Of a stretch of 64,000 nucleotides of DNA, positions 47,449-57,170 are shown one piece after another; the first letter of the stretch is position 1; every line of letters starts with the position of its first letter. The translations under genes and the position numbers were made by a program. Below the pieces are notes generated by a model that was not told where the DNA came from, made no database searches, and worked only from the letters and a program-made list of their open reading frames with translations. The stretch spans positions 190,790 to 254,789 of the forward strand of contig JAYQNS010000003.1 of NCBI GenBank assembly GCA_038144425.1. Direction: 5' to 3'. This DNA comes from Candidatus Salivita marina. Lineage in GTDB: Bacteria; Pseudomonadota; Gammaproteobacteria; Pseudomonadales; Azotimanducaceae.

Positions 47449-48345
47449 TTATTTCCCTAGGCCTCGGGCCACCTGGGCCAGCAAGGTACGGAACCAGAGC
47501 AGGGGGGGATCGGCGTCGCGTTGAGACAGCCAGTACAAATGACTTTCCAGGGAGGGCAGGGGAAAGGGTAGGGGCTCGCGACGCAGGGGATAGCGGAGCG
47601 CCATGTGGTCCGCAAAACTCTCAGGCACCGAGAGGGCAAGATCGGAGGTCATGAGCACCTCCGGCGCCACCAGGAAATGCTGCGCGCGCAGCATAATGCG
47701 TCGCCGCTTTCCCAGGCGTTCGAGGGCTAGATCCACGTGGCCTAGACCCCGGGGCCGGGAGGACAGGTGGATATGGTCAAGCTTAAGAAAGCGCTCCAGG
47801 GTCAGCGCCTGAGCGCCCAGGGGGTGATCCTCGCGCAACAGGCAGACATAGCGGTCCTCCGCTAAGGGTGCATGGTGAACGAGGGGGTCGGACAGGAGGG
47901 GGACATCGAGCGCCAGATCAAGCGCTCCGGTGGCGAGGGCCTGCACCAGATCCCGCCGGGGCACGGAGAAGCTTTCCAGGGTCACCCCAGGGGCCTCTTC
48001 CCGAAGCAATTGCACCAATCGCGGCAAGAGCCGAGCTTCATTTAAATCGCTCATGCTAATGCGAAAGCGCAGGGCCGCGTCCGCGGGCTCGAAGGGCTGG
48101 GCGGTACTGAGGGGATCTTCGAGGAGACGGAGCGCTTGCCGAGCGGGGCCGATCAGGTCCTTGGCCAGAGCCGTGGGCACCATGCCATGGGCGGAGCGCA
48201 GAAAGAGCGGATCCGCGAAGACATCCCGAAGGCGCGCGAGCGCGTGGGAGGTGGCGGGCTGGGAAAGACCGAGACGCCGACCGGCCTTGGTCAGGCTGCC
48301 CTCGGCATAGATGGCGTCGAGCACGCGATAGAGGTTTAGATCCAT
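47449..48345 (-). CDS. LysR family transcriptional regulator
   Basis: HTH: LNLYRVLDAIYAEGSLTKAGRRLGLSQPATSHALARLR. The start is trimmed to the ATG at 48345 (MDLNLY). Confidence 0.88.
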   Translation of the reverse strand: MDLNLYRVLDAIYAEGSLTKAGRRLGLSQPATSHALARLRDVFADPLFLRSAHGMVPTALAKDLIGPARQALRLLEDPLSTAQPFEPADAALRFRISMSDLNEARLLPRLVQLLREEAPGVTLESFSVPRRDLVQALATGALDLALDVPLLSDPLVHHAPLAEDRYVCLLREDHPLGAQALTLERFLKLDHIHLSSRPRGLGHVDLALERLGKRRRIMLRAQHFLVAPEVLMTSDLALSVPESFADHMALRYPLRREPLPFPLPSLESHLYWLSQRDADPPLLWFRTLLAQVARGLGK

Positions 48346-48460
48346 GCGGGCGCCGCCGCGAGCCGAAGGTGGTGCTTGCATCGGGCACTCCTGTCACGCA
48401 ATTGCCATAGAGGGGCCTTGCCCCCCCTTGCTATTATGACGATCTCACTAAGGCGGGCCT

Positions 48461-49990
48461 ATGGCTATGACGGAAACTGCACCCCTAAGCACGGTCACCC
48501 CGGAGCCGGCTTCAGCCCCGGCAAACGCCGGCCCGCTCCTCTCCTTTGCCTATGCCCGGCGTCACGGGATATTGCTGGTGCTAGACGGGCAGGGCACCAC
48601 CCAGGGCTACTTCCGCCCCTCGGCCCAGGCGCCGGCGATCGCCGAGGCCCAGCGCCGTGCGTCTGGGCCCATCAGCTGGACCAGCGAGACTGAGGAGGCC
48701 TTCGAAGCGAGGCTTAGCGGCGCCTTTGAGCGGGAAGGCTCCGCCGCACGGCAGATGGTGGAAGATCTCGGCGATGCCTTCGATCTCGCAGCCCTCGCAG
48801 AGGAGGTCCGGGAGACAGAAGATCTCCTCGCTCAAGAGAACGAAGCTCCGATCATTCGCCTCTTAAACGCCATCCTCTCGGAAGCCATCCGGGAAGACGC
48901 CTCGGACATCCACCTGGAAACCTTCGATCACATTCTGGCGGTGCGCTTCCGCATCGATGGGGTGCTTCGGGAAATCGTTCGCCCAAAGCGGGCCCTGGCG
49001 CCCCTGCTCGTTTCCCGTTTGAAGGTCATGGCCAAGCTGGATATCGCAGAAAAGCGGGTGCCGCAGGATGGGCGCATCAGCCTTCGGGTAGCGGGGCGGG
49101 AGGTCGACGTGCGCGTCTCCACCCTCCCCACGGCCAGCGGCGAACGGGTCGTGCTCCGCCTTCTGGATAAGCAGGCGGGACGCCTCGAACTCGAAAAGCT
49201 CGGCATGGCGCCGGACACCCTCGCGGCCCTGAAAGGGGTGGTACGCCGGCCCCACGGCATCGTCCTGGTGACCGGCCCCACGGGGTCGGGAAAAACCACC
49301 ACTCTCTACGCGGCGCTGAGCACCCTCGATACGCAAAGCGCCAACGTGATGACGGTCGAGGACCCCATCGAGTACCACCTTCCGGGCATCGGCCAAACCC
49401 AAGTCAACAGCAAAGCTCAGATGACCTTCGCACGGGGCCTTCGGGCTATCCTTCGCCAGGACCCGGACGTCGTGATGGTCGGGGAAATTCGCGATCTGGA
49501 AACGGCGGAGATCGCGATCCAGGCGGCTCTCACGGGGCACCTCGTGCTTTCAACCTTGCACACGAACAGCGCCCTCGGGGCCATTGCTCGGCTGCGGGAT
49601 TTAGGGGTGGAATCCTATCTTCTCTCTTCCAGCCTCAGCGCCGTGCTGGCCCAGCGCCTCGTACGTCGGCTCTGTGAGCACTGCAAGGTGGCAGCGCCCG
49701 CGGATGCCCGTACCCGAGCGCTCCTGGGTCTCGGAAATGACGCGCCCATGCTCTTCGACGCCGTCGGCTGCGATGCCTGCGCCGGCACGGGCTACCGGGG
49801 ACGAACGGGGATCTACGAACTGGTCAACATCGATAGCGGCCTGTCCCAGCTCATCCACGACGATGCCCCGGCCCAGGCCCTCGCCGAGGCGCATCATGGC
49901 CACAAGCTGTTCGAGGATGGGAAGCGAAAAATTCTGGCTGGGGAAACGACGCTAACGGAAGTGCTCCGCGTCACCCGGGACGAAGGATGA
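48461..49990 (+). CDS. gspE: type II secretion system ATPase GspE
   Basis: Walker A GPTGSGKTTTLYA. Asp box and Walker B DPDVVMVGEIRD. His box. Tetracysteine CEHC...CDAC. Confidence 0.9.
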   Translation: MAMTETAPLSTVTPEPASAPANAGPLLSFAYARRHGILLVLDGQGTTQGYFRPSAQAPAIAEAQRRASGPISWTSETEEAFEARLSGAFEREGSAARQMVEDLGDAFDLAALAEEVRETEDLLAQENEAPIIRLLNAILSEAIREDASDIHLETFDHILAVRFRIDGVLREIVRPKRALAPLLVSRLKVMAKLDIAEKRVPQDGRISLRVAGREVDVRVSTLPTASGERVVLRLLDKQAGRLELEKLGMAPDTLAALKGVVRRPHGIVLVTGPTGSGKTTTLYAALSTLDTQSANVMTVEDPIEYHLPGIGQTQVNSKAQMTFARGLRAILRQDPDVVMVGEIRDLETAEIAIQAALTGHLVLSTLHTNSALGAIARLRDLGVESYLLSSSLSAVLAQRLVRRLCEHCKVAAPADARTRALLGLGNDAPMLFDAVGCDACAGTGYRGRTGIYELVNIDSGLSQLIHDDAPAQALAEAHHGHKLFEDGKRKILAGETTLTEVLRVTRDEG

Positions 49991-51198
49991 GCGCTTATGA
50001 CTTTCGAGCCCTCGACGGGGCCGGCCGGGAACAAAGGGGGGTTTTAGAAGGCGATAGCCCTCGCCAGGTGCGCCAGCTTCTTCGGGACCGGGGCTGGGCG
50101 CCCATGGACGTATCCCCGGCAGCGGAGGGGCCCAGCCGAGGTCGCCTATTCGAGCGGAAGCCTCGCCTAGCCCCCCTTGAACGCGCCCTTGTAACGCGCC
50201 ACCTCGCCACGCTCCTCGCGGCGGGCTTGCCTCTCGAGGAGGCCCTTGGGGCCGCGGCGGCCCAGGCCGACCAGGGCCGGGCCCAGAGCCTTCTTCTCGG
50301 GGTTCGGGGTCGGATCCTGGAGGGACAAAGCTTCGCCCAGGCCCTCGGCGCCTACCCTGCGGCCTTCGATGATCTCTACCGGGCCACGGTAGCCGCGGGG
50401 GAACAGGCTGGGCACCTCGATCGCGTGCTCGATGCCCTGGCACGCTTCACGGAACGGCGTCAGGAGACGGGGCAGACCGTACAAATGGCGCTGCTCTATC
50501 CCGTGCTGCTACTGGTGCTATCCCTCGCCATTGTGCTGGGGCTCCTCACCTACGTGGTTCCCGAGCTCGTCGGCGTCTATGCAGAGACGGGGCAGGCCTT
50601 GCCCCTTCTGACCCAGGGGCTCCTGGCCCTCGCGGCTTTTCTGGAAAACTTCGGCCTTTGGGTGCTGCTGGCCACCCTGACGCTCGCCTTCGGCGCCTAC
50701 CGGGCCTATCAGTTGCCCCCCGTGAAGGCGCGGGCGGAGCGCCTGGCGCTCACCGGTGCCCCCTGGCGTCGCCTCACCCAGGGGGTCCACGCCAGCCGCT
50801 TTGCGAGCACCCTGGCCATTTTGTCAGGGAGCGGCGTGCCGCTCCTGGAAGGACTCCGCATAGCGACGGATGTGCTAACCAACGGCATGCTGCGCCAGCG
50901 GCTGGGGGTTGCCCGGCAGTCCGTGGCCGAGGGCACAAGCCTGCACCAGGCCCTTCGAGAAGTGGGCTACTTTCCTCCGCTCATGTTACACATGGTGGCA
51001 AGCGGAGAAGCTTCGGGGCAGCTTGAGAGCATGCTCGAACGGGTCGCCGGGCACCTAGAGCGAGACAACGAAAGGCTCGTTTCGGCCTTCCTTGAACTCC
51101 TAAAGCCCCTCACTCTCGTCTTTATGGGTGGGCTCGTCCTCATGATTGTGCTGGCGATCCTGTTACCTATTTTGAACTTGAATCAGCTTGCAATTTAA
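49987..51198 (+). CDS. gspF: type II secretion system inner-membrane platform protein GspF
   Basis: 403 aa with duplicated GspF domains. ATGA overlap with gspE. Confidence 0.88.
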   Translation: MSAYDFRALDGAGREQRGVLEGDSPRQVRQLLRDRGWAPMDVSPAAEGPSRGRLFERKPRLAPLERALVTRHLATLLAAGLPLEEALGAAAAQADQGRAQSLLLGVRGRILEGQSFAQALGAYPAAFDDLYRATVAAGEQAGHLDRVLDALARFTERRQETGQTVQMALLYPVLLLVLSLAIVLGLLTYVVPELVGVYAETGQALPLLTQGLLALAAFLENFGLWVLLATLTLAFGAYRAYQLPPVKARAERLALTGAPWRRLTQGVHASRFASTLAILSGSGVPLLEGLRIATDVLTNGMLRQRLGVARQSVAEGTSLHQALREVGYFPPLMLHMVASGEASGQLESMLERVAGHLERDNERLVSAFLELLKPLTLVFMGGLVLMIVLAILLPILNLNQLAI

Positions 51199-51208
51199 GG
51201 AGCGCCCC

Positions 51209-51676
51209 ATGCACCGAGTTTCCCTTCGCACCGGCAACGGCTCCCTTCCCAGGCATCGGCGGCCGCAGGCCTACGGTTTTACGCTGATCGAAATCATGGT
51301 GGTGGTGGTTATCCTAGGCATTATGGCGGCGCTGGTGGTGCCGAACATCGCCGGGCGCCAGGAGCAGGCCCAACGCACGGCCGTCGAGAGCGATCTGAAC
51401 GCCCTGGCTAACGCCCTGGAGTTCTACCGTCTGGACAATTTTACCTATCCCAGCACGGAACAGGGTCTCGAGGCCCTCGTCACCCAGCCCTCCGGCTACC
51501 CCGAAGCCCGGCGCTGGAAGAGTGGCGGCTACCTGCGGCGCCTCCCTACGGACCCCTGGGGAACGCCCTACCAGTATTTGAGTAGCGGCGAGCGCTTCGA
51601 GCTCTACAGCCTCGGGGCTGACGGGCAGGAAGGGGGCGAGGGGGGCGCTGCGGATATCGCCTTCGCAACACCCTGA
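51209..51676 (+). CDS. gspG: type II secretion major pseudopilin GspG
   Basis: Prepilin site G|FTLIEIMVVVVILGIMAALVVPN, then the GspG-typical DPWGTPYQY and LGADGQEGG. The ATG at 51209 follows AAGGAG. Confidence 0.88.
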   Translation: MHRVSLRTGNGSLPRHRRPQAYGFTLIEIMVVVVILGIMAALVVPNIAGRQEQAQRTAVESDLNALANALEFYRLDNFTYPSTEQGLEALVTQPSGYPEARRWKSGGYLRRLPTDPWGTPYQYLSSGERFELYSLGADGQEGGEGGAADIAFATP

Positions 51677-51677
51677 C

Positions 51678-52220
51678 ATGGACCGGGGCTTTACCCTGAT
51701 CGAGCTGCTGGTAACCGTAGCCGTTATTGGGCTACTGGCAGGGCTCGCCATGCTCCAAGCCCGTCCCAATGACGGACAGCAGAGCCTTGAGCGCGCCGGG
51801 AACACGCTAAACGGTGCCGTGCGCCTTGCGCAGACCCAGGCCCTCGCCGACGGTCAGGTACTTGCCCTAAAGGTGACGGAGGAGGGCTACGAGTTTCACC
51901 AGCAACATCCCCGAGACGGGACCTGGAGCCCGCTCCAGGATCGGGCGGGCCTCGCGCCGCAACGGCTCGAGGAGGGCCTTACGCTCACCGGTCTCAACCC
52001 TGAGGGGGCACCGGCCACGCCGACTCCCTGGGCAGCACTGTTTTTCCCAAGCGGCGAGGGTACGGCCCTCTGGCTTCGCTTTGAGCATGAGGCCAGTAAT
52101 CAACAGCTGGACCTGAAAGGCGATGGGGTAGCCCCGCCCGAGCTCCAGGCTCCGGAGACGCAAAAACCGGCAAGCACCCGCTTTGCCGCCGTGGTCCTGA
52201 GAGCGACCGCCCATGGCTAG
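51678..52220 (+). CDS. gspH: type II secretion minor pseudopilin GspH
   Basis: MDRG|FTLIELLVTVAVIGLLAGLA prepilin N-terminus, plus position in the operon. Confidence 0.8.
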   Translation: MDRGFTLIELLVTVAVIGLLAGLAMLQARPNDGQQSLERAGNTLNGAVRLAQTQALADGQVLALKVTEEGYEFHQQHPRDGTWSPLQDRAGLAPQRLEEGLTLTGLNPEGAPATPTPWAALFFPSGEGTALWLRFEHEASNQQLDLKGDGVAPPELQAPETQKPASTRFAAVVLRATAHG

Positions 52221-52590
52221 GACGAGCCCACGGGGCTTCACCCTGGTCGAAGTCCTGGTCGCCCTCGCGGTTTTTGCGCTGGCCATGCTAACCCTGCAGG
52301 GCCGCCTTGGGGATCGGGCCGTGGTCCAGGGGCAAGCGGAGACGCGTATTTTGGCGACCTACCTTGCCAGCGATACCTTGGAGCGCTGGGGCCTCGACTT
52401 CGAAGTGGGGGGACAGCCGGGCCGGCGGCAGGGGGAAGCGCTCTTCGCTGGGCGTCGCTGGCGTTTGGAAGCCGAGACCCAACCCACGGACGTCCCCGGT
52501 CTCTTTTCCGTAGAGCTCCGCGTTTGGCCTCTGGAAGATCAGGGTGGCCCCGCCGCTCGCCTCTCCTCCGCCTGGCTGGCCCCGCCATGA
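52213..52590 (+). CDS. gspI: type II secretion minor pseudopilin GspI
   Basis: PRG|FTLVEVLVALAVFALAML. 125 aa. Operon position. Confidence 0.8.
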   Translation: MARTSPRGFTLVEVLVALAVFALAMLTLQGRLGDRAVVQGQAETRILATYLASDTLERWGLDFEVGGQPGRRQGEALFAGRRWRLEAETQPTDVPGLFSVELRVWPLEDQGGPAARLSSAWLAPP

Positions 52591-53309
52591 CCGCGCTTCG
52601 CCGGGCCCGAGGCTTTACGCTTATGGAGGTGCTGGTGGCCCTGGCCATCTTTGCCATCATAGGCGCCGCCTCGGCGCGTCTCCTGCGCGATGCGGTTACC
52701 CAGAGCCAGAGCCTTGGCACCCGAGAAGCCGCGCTGGCCGCCCTTGTCCGCAGCCTTTTCATTTTTGAGCAGGACGTCCAGCAATGGGTGGCACGACCGG
52801 TCCGCGATCGCTTCGGCGATCCCCTCCCGGCCCTTGCCCTGTCCGCCGGCGAACTGGTGCTAACCCGCGCCGGGCGTCGGGGGGAGCAGGGGCTAGAGAA
52901 GGACGCCCCGGCTCGAGGGGAACTGCAGCGCGTGGCCTGGCGCTTGGAGAACGGCGAACTCACTCGGCGCTATTGGCCTGTGCTCGATCAGCTTCCGGAA
53001 ACCGAAGCCCGGGACGTCAGCTATGGCCTTAGGCTCACGGCCTTGCGTTGCGAAATCCTTGCCAGCGATGGCCAGCGCTACCGGGAGTGGCCCCCCGATC
53101 CCCTGATGCTGGCCTCCCGAGCGGAGAACAATCTCGAACCCGAGGCCCAAGGCCTCCAGTGCGCCTTCGAATCCGAGATCTGGGGACCCAGCTTAAGTCG
53201 CTTCTGGCGTCTCCCGGAGGGCTTCCCAGCGCTCACAGATGCCAATGCGGCCCCTGCGCCGACCCAGCCCAGAAATGTCGAGCCCCAGGCGCCGAGGCGT
53301 CGACGATGA
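52587..53309 (+). CDS. gspJ: type II secretion minor pseudopilin GspJ
   Basis: MTALRRARG|FTLMEVLVALAIFAIIGAA. The ATG at 52587 overlaps the gspI TGA (ATGA). Confidence 0.8.
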   Translation: MTALRRARGFTLMEVLVALAIFAIIGAASARLLRDAVTQSQSLGTREAALAALVRSLFIFEQDVQQWVARPVRDRFGDPLPALALSAGELVLTRAGRRGEQGLEKDAPARGELQRVAWRLENGELTRRYWPVLDQLPETEARDVSYGLRLTALRCEILASDGQRYREWPPDPLMLASRAENNLEPEAQGLQCAFESEIWGPSLSRFWRLPEGFPALTDANAAPAPTQPRNVEPQAPRRRR

Positions 53310-54271
53310 GGCCGGCGGAGCGACGGGGTACGTCGCCTCAGCCCGCGCGCGGGGTCGCGCTCCTCACCATGCTCCTGGTGACAGCCCTGGTCGCGTTGCT
53401 AGCGACAACCCTACTCACGCAACAGGCCCGGCTCCTATCCCTGGCTGGGCAGGTGGATCGCTACAGCACCCGGAAAGCCCTCGCGCTGGGAGAAGAGGCG
53501 CGATTCCGCGCCGAACTCCGCGCCGATCTGGCTGCTTCCGAACGCTACGATGGTGTGATGGATCCGTGGCTCAGTCCCCAGACCCGAGAGCAAGACAGTG
53601 CCACCCTTCAGCGGCGGAGCCGCGCCCTAGACGCCCTCTTAAACGTGAATAACCTCAGTTCACCGGCAGCCCTAGCGCGCTTCGGGCGTCTTCTGACTCA
53701 GCTCGAGCTTGACCCTCAGCTTGCCGCTCAGGTAGCCGATTGGGTAGACGGCGATGAAACCCTCCGACCCGGGGGCGCGGAGGACGGTTATTACTGGGAT
53801 CAAAAGCCCCCGCGCCGAGCGGGCAACACAGTCTTTCCTACGGAAACGGAGATTCCCGAGGGCACCCGCCTGAGCCAAGCCCAATGGCTGAAGCTGCGAC
53901 CCTTTGTCGCCGCGCTGCCCCCCACCTTCGAGCGCATCAACGTGAACCTCGCACCGCCCGAAGTGCTCGCGACCGTGGCGCCGGGACTTGAACCGCAGCA
54001 AGTTTGGCCCCTGGCTCAGCCAAGCCCGCCCTGGCCTGATGTAGGCGCGGTCATTGGGAGCCAGGCCGCCTTCGCCCCGGAGGAGGGCGTGTTGGCGACC
54101 CGAAGCTTGTTTTTCGAAACGCTCGTTCTGGTAGAAGCCTTCGACGGGGCCTTTACGTTACGCTCCACCCTGTACCGGGATCCCAACACCGGGAGGATAA
54201 GAATTATGAGCCGAGATTTTTCCCAGAGCTTTGCTGCCTGGCCCTCTCCCTCTCCGGATAAGGAGCGCTAA
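53306..54271 (+). CDS. gspK: type II secretion minor pseudopilin GspK
   Basis: The N-terminus ARGVALLTMLLVTALVALLATTLL lacks the E5-type prepilin motif, as is typical for GspK. 321 aa. ATGA overlap with gspJ. Confidence 0.78.
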   Translation: MRPAERRGTSPQPARGVALLTMLLVTALVALLATTLLTQQARLLSLAGQVDRYSTRKALALGEEARFRAELRADLAASERYDGVMDPWLSPQTREQDSATLQRRSRALDALLNVNNLSSPAALARFGRLLTQLELDPQLAAQVADWVDGDETLRPGGAEDGYYWDQKPPRRAGNTVFPTETEIPEGTRLSQAQWLKLRPFVAALPPTFERINVNLAPPEVLATVAPGLEPQQVWPLAQPSPPWPDVGAVIGSQAAFAPEEGVLATRSLFFETLVLVEAFDGAFTLRSTLYRDPNTGRIRIMSRDFSQSFAAWPSPSPDKER

Positions 54272-54275
54272 GGTC

Positions 54276-55484
54276 ATGGGCCCGGACCATCTTCTCCTCC
54301 TCGGTACGCTAGATGCCGTCCAGTGGCGGCTCACCTTTCGCCAGGGGGCCACGGAGGGCACGGAAACGGGGGCAGGGCTTCCATCCCTCATTACCCGCCT
54401 CGGCGGGCTAACCCCCAGCCGTATCGATTGGGCCCTCGGCCCGCAGCAAGCCCTTCGGCTGAACCTATCCGTTCCAGGCAGGCGCGCCAGCACGCAGCGC
54501 CGGGCCGCCCCCTTCCTCCTCGAGGAATACCTCACGGAACCCCTGGAGACCCTGCATGTCGCCCTTGCAGAACGGGGGGAGGGCGGGTCCCTCGGCGTGC
54601 TGGCTTTGGCCAAGCCATCCTTTGAAGCCGGCCTTGCGGAGCTCGCGAACCTTGACCTAACACCGGATAGCGTTTTTGCGATCTGCGACGGGCTTTCGGA
54701 CCGAAGCCAACCACTGCTTTGGCTAACCGGGGAGCATGAAGGGCTATGGCTCGATCCCCGAGAAGGTCGACAGCTCACCCTGACTCCGACCCTTCTCGAC
54801 GGCCTGGGTGAGGGCCTCGGCCCAGCCTCCGTCCTGACCGTCGTGGGTCCCCTCGCGGAACTCCCCCTCGGCTGGCAGGCAGCCCTTGAGGGACAGGGCT
54901 ACCGGTCCCTGGCCTATCACCAGGGCGCAATGCCGTCCCTGTCCACTGGCGCTCCGGGACCCACGGTGCCCGTTGCACTCCAAGGACCTTACGCACCCCG
55001 GGCCCGCCCCCGGACGGGGCTTGGACCTTGGGGTGCCCCTGGCCGCCTTGCCGCCGCCCTGGCGCTCCTGCTTCTCGGCGGAACCTTGGGGGAGGGGTTT
55101 TGGCTTCAGCACCAGGCTCAGGCTCAAAGGGCGGCGCTGGACGGGCGCTTTGCGACCCTCTGGCCCGAGCGCGCTGGGCGAAGCCCAAATCCGCGCCGGG
55201 AGCTCTCCCTTCTCCTGGGCGCGGAGGACAGCCCGGGCGTCGGCCTTCTCCCGACCCTTGACGCCCTCGCGGGCGCGATTAGCGATGAACATCGCATCGA
55301 CCAGCTCCGTTACCAGGGGGACCGAGGCACCTTAGCCATAGACCTCACCACGCCAAGCCTTGGAGCCCTTCAAGCATTGCAGCAACGACTGCAAAGCGAG
55401 GGCGGCCTGGGTGTCGCGATGGAGAATGCGACGCAGGATCAATCGGGCGTCCGCGCGCGCCTGACCCTCAAGGGGAGTCCCTAA
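54276..55484 (+). CDS. gspL: type II secretion system protein GspL
   Basis: 402 aa. Cytoplasmic actin-like N-domain, single TM (LAAALALLLLGGTLG) and periplasmic C-domain. Operon position. Confidence 0.72.
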   Translation: MGPDHLLLLGTLDAVQWRLTFRQGATEGTETGAGLPSLITRLGGLTPSRIDWALGPQQALRLNLSVPGRRASTQRRAAPFLLEEYLTEPLETLHVALAERGEGGSLGVLALAKPSFEAGLAELANLDLTPDSVFAICDGLSDRSQPLLWLTGEHEGLWLDPREGRQLTLTPTLLDGLGEGLGPASVLTVVGPLAELPLGWQAALEGQGYRSLAYHQGAMPSLSTGAPGPTVPVALQGPYAPRARPRTGLGPWGAPGRLAAALALLLLGGTLGEGFWLQHQAQAQRAALDGRFATLWPERAGRSPNPRRELSLLLGAEDSPGVGLLPTLDALAGAISDEHRIDQLRYQGDRGTLAIDLTTPSLGALQALQQRLQSEGGLGVAMENATQDQSGVRARLTLKGSP

Positions 55485-55485
55485 G

Positions 55486-55995
55486 ATGAAGCTGACTCTT
55501 CCCGCCCTTTCCGCGCCCTTAGCTAAGGCTCGGCATTGGTTTCAAGAGCAAAGCCTCAGCGATCAGCAGCGCCTGCGCTGGCTAGCGGGCTTTCTCGCCC
55601 TTGTCCTCCTGTGGCTTGGTGTCGTGAATCCGGTGCTGACGTTCCGAGATCGCGCCGCTGGAGCCCTGGCCCAGGCTCAGAGTGATCTCGCTTGGCTCAA
55701 CCGCAACTACGGCACCCTGGCGGCAGCCCTGGCTCAGCGTCAGCAAGCAAGGCCTCAGGGCGATGCCGCCCTAGATGCGGTCGCCGCCTCTGCCCAGGCC
55801 CATGGGCTTACGCTCAACCGCTTTACCCCGGAGGGCGGCGGCCGCCTTGCCCTCAGCCTCGATCGTGCGGCCTATCCCGCACTGATTGCCTGGCTCGTGG
55901 AGCTGGCGGAGGAACGGGGCCTTCGGGTGCTGAATCTCTCCCTGGATCGAACGGACGCGCCCGGCATGGTTCGGGCACGTATCGTGCTCGGCTAG
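55486..55995 (+). CDS. gspM: type II secretion system protein GspM
   Basis: 169 aa with a single N-terminal TM (LAGFLALVLLWLGVV). Follows gspL with a 1-nt gap. Confidence 0.72.
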   Translation: MKLTLPALSAPLAKARHWFQEQSLSDQQRLRWLAGFLALVLLWLGVVNPVLTFRDRAAGALAQAQSDLAWLNRNYGTLAAALAQRQQARPQGDAALDAVAASAQAHGLTLNRFTPEGGGRLALSLDRAAYPALIAWLVELAEERGLRVLNLSLDRTDAPGMVRARIVLG

Positions 55996-56003
55996 GAGGC
56001 TCT

Positions 56004-57170
56004 ATGGATTTTGAACTGACGCTGGAACAGCAGGCCCTCGCCGACGCCGTGGCGAAGCTTTGCACCCCCTTCGATTCTGCCTATTGGCGCAAATGCGATC
56101 AGGAGGGGCAGTTTCCCGAAGCCTTCGTGCAGGCCGTGGCCGAGGGCGGCTGGCTGGGTATAGCAATGCCCGAGGCCTACGGAGGCTCGGGGCAGGGGAT
56201 CACGGAGGCAGTGCTCTTTGCCCACGCCGTAGCGCGCTCGGGAGCGGGCATGAGCGGTGCCTCGGCGGTGCACATCAATCTCTTTGGACCCCACCCCGTA
56301 GTGGTCTTTGGCACCGAAGACCAAAAAGAGGCCATGCTTCCGCCCCTCATCGCAGGCAAGGATCGGGTGTGCTTTGGGGTGACCGAACCCGATGCAGGGC
56401 TGAACACCACGGCCCTTACAACCCGCGCGGTGCCCGTGCCCGGGGGCTATCGAATCACCGGGCAAAAGCTCTGGACCTCCACGGCGCAGATCGCCAACAA
56501 AATTCTTCTGATTGCCCGTACCACGCCCCGGGAGGAGGCGACGCGCCCCACGGAAGGGCTCACGCTGTTTTATACGGACCTCGACCGCAGCGCGATAACG
56601 GTGAACGCCATCCCGAAGATGGGCCGGGCCGCAGTGGACTCCAACGCCCTATTCATCGATGACTTCTTCGTGCCTGAAGGCCACCGCATCGGCGCAGAAG
56701 GCGACGGTTGGCGCTGCCTCCTGCACGGCCTGAACCCGGAACGAATCCTCATCGCCGCAGAAGCTGTGGGGCTGGGCCAAGCCGCCTTGGAGCGGGCCGC
56801 GCGCTACGCTCGGGAGCGGGTGGTGTTTGACCGGCCAATCGGTCAGAACCAGGCCATTGCCCATCCCCTCGCGGAATGCTGGATGGCTCTGGAAGCCGCC
56901 TGGCTCATGACTCTCCGGGCAGCGAGCCGCTACGATGCCGGCCTACCCTGCGGCGCCGACGCCAACGCGGCAAAGTACCTGGCCGCGGAAGCCGCCTTCA
57001 AAGCCTGCGAAAGGGCCGTACTGACCCACGGAGGGATGGGCTACGCGAAGGAATATGACGTCGAGCGGCTGTTCCGAGAAGTCATGATTCCTCGCATCGC
57101 CCCCGTGAGCCAGGAGATGATCCGCAACTTTATTGCGGAACAGGTGCTCGACCAACCTCGCTCCTACTGA
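56004..57170 (+). CDS. acyl-CoA dehydrogenase
   Basis: 388 aa after trimming to the ATG at 56004, which follows AGGAGG. Motifs CFGVTEPDAGLNT, GQKLWTSTA and a C-terminal catalytic region YDVERLFRE. Confidence 0.88.
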   Translation: MDFELTLEQQALADAVAKLCTPFDSAYWRKCDQEGQFPEAFVQAVAEGGWLGIAMPEAYGGSGQGITEAVLFAHAVARSGAGMSGASAVHINLFGPHPVVVFGTEDQKEAMLPPLIAGKDRVCFGVTEPDAGLNTTALTTRAVPVPGGYRITGQKLWTSTAQIANKILLIARTTPREEATRPTEGLTLFYTDLDRSAITVNAIPKMGRAAVDSNALFIDDFFVPEGHRIGAEGDGWRCLLHGLNPERILIAAEAVGLGQAALERAARYARERVVFDRPIGQNQAIAHPLAECWMALEAAWLMTLRAASRYDAGLPCGADANAAKYLAAEAAFKACERAVLTHGGMGYAKEYDVERLFREVMIPRIAPVSQEMIRNFIAEQVLDQPRSY

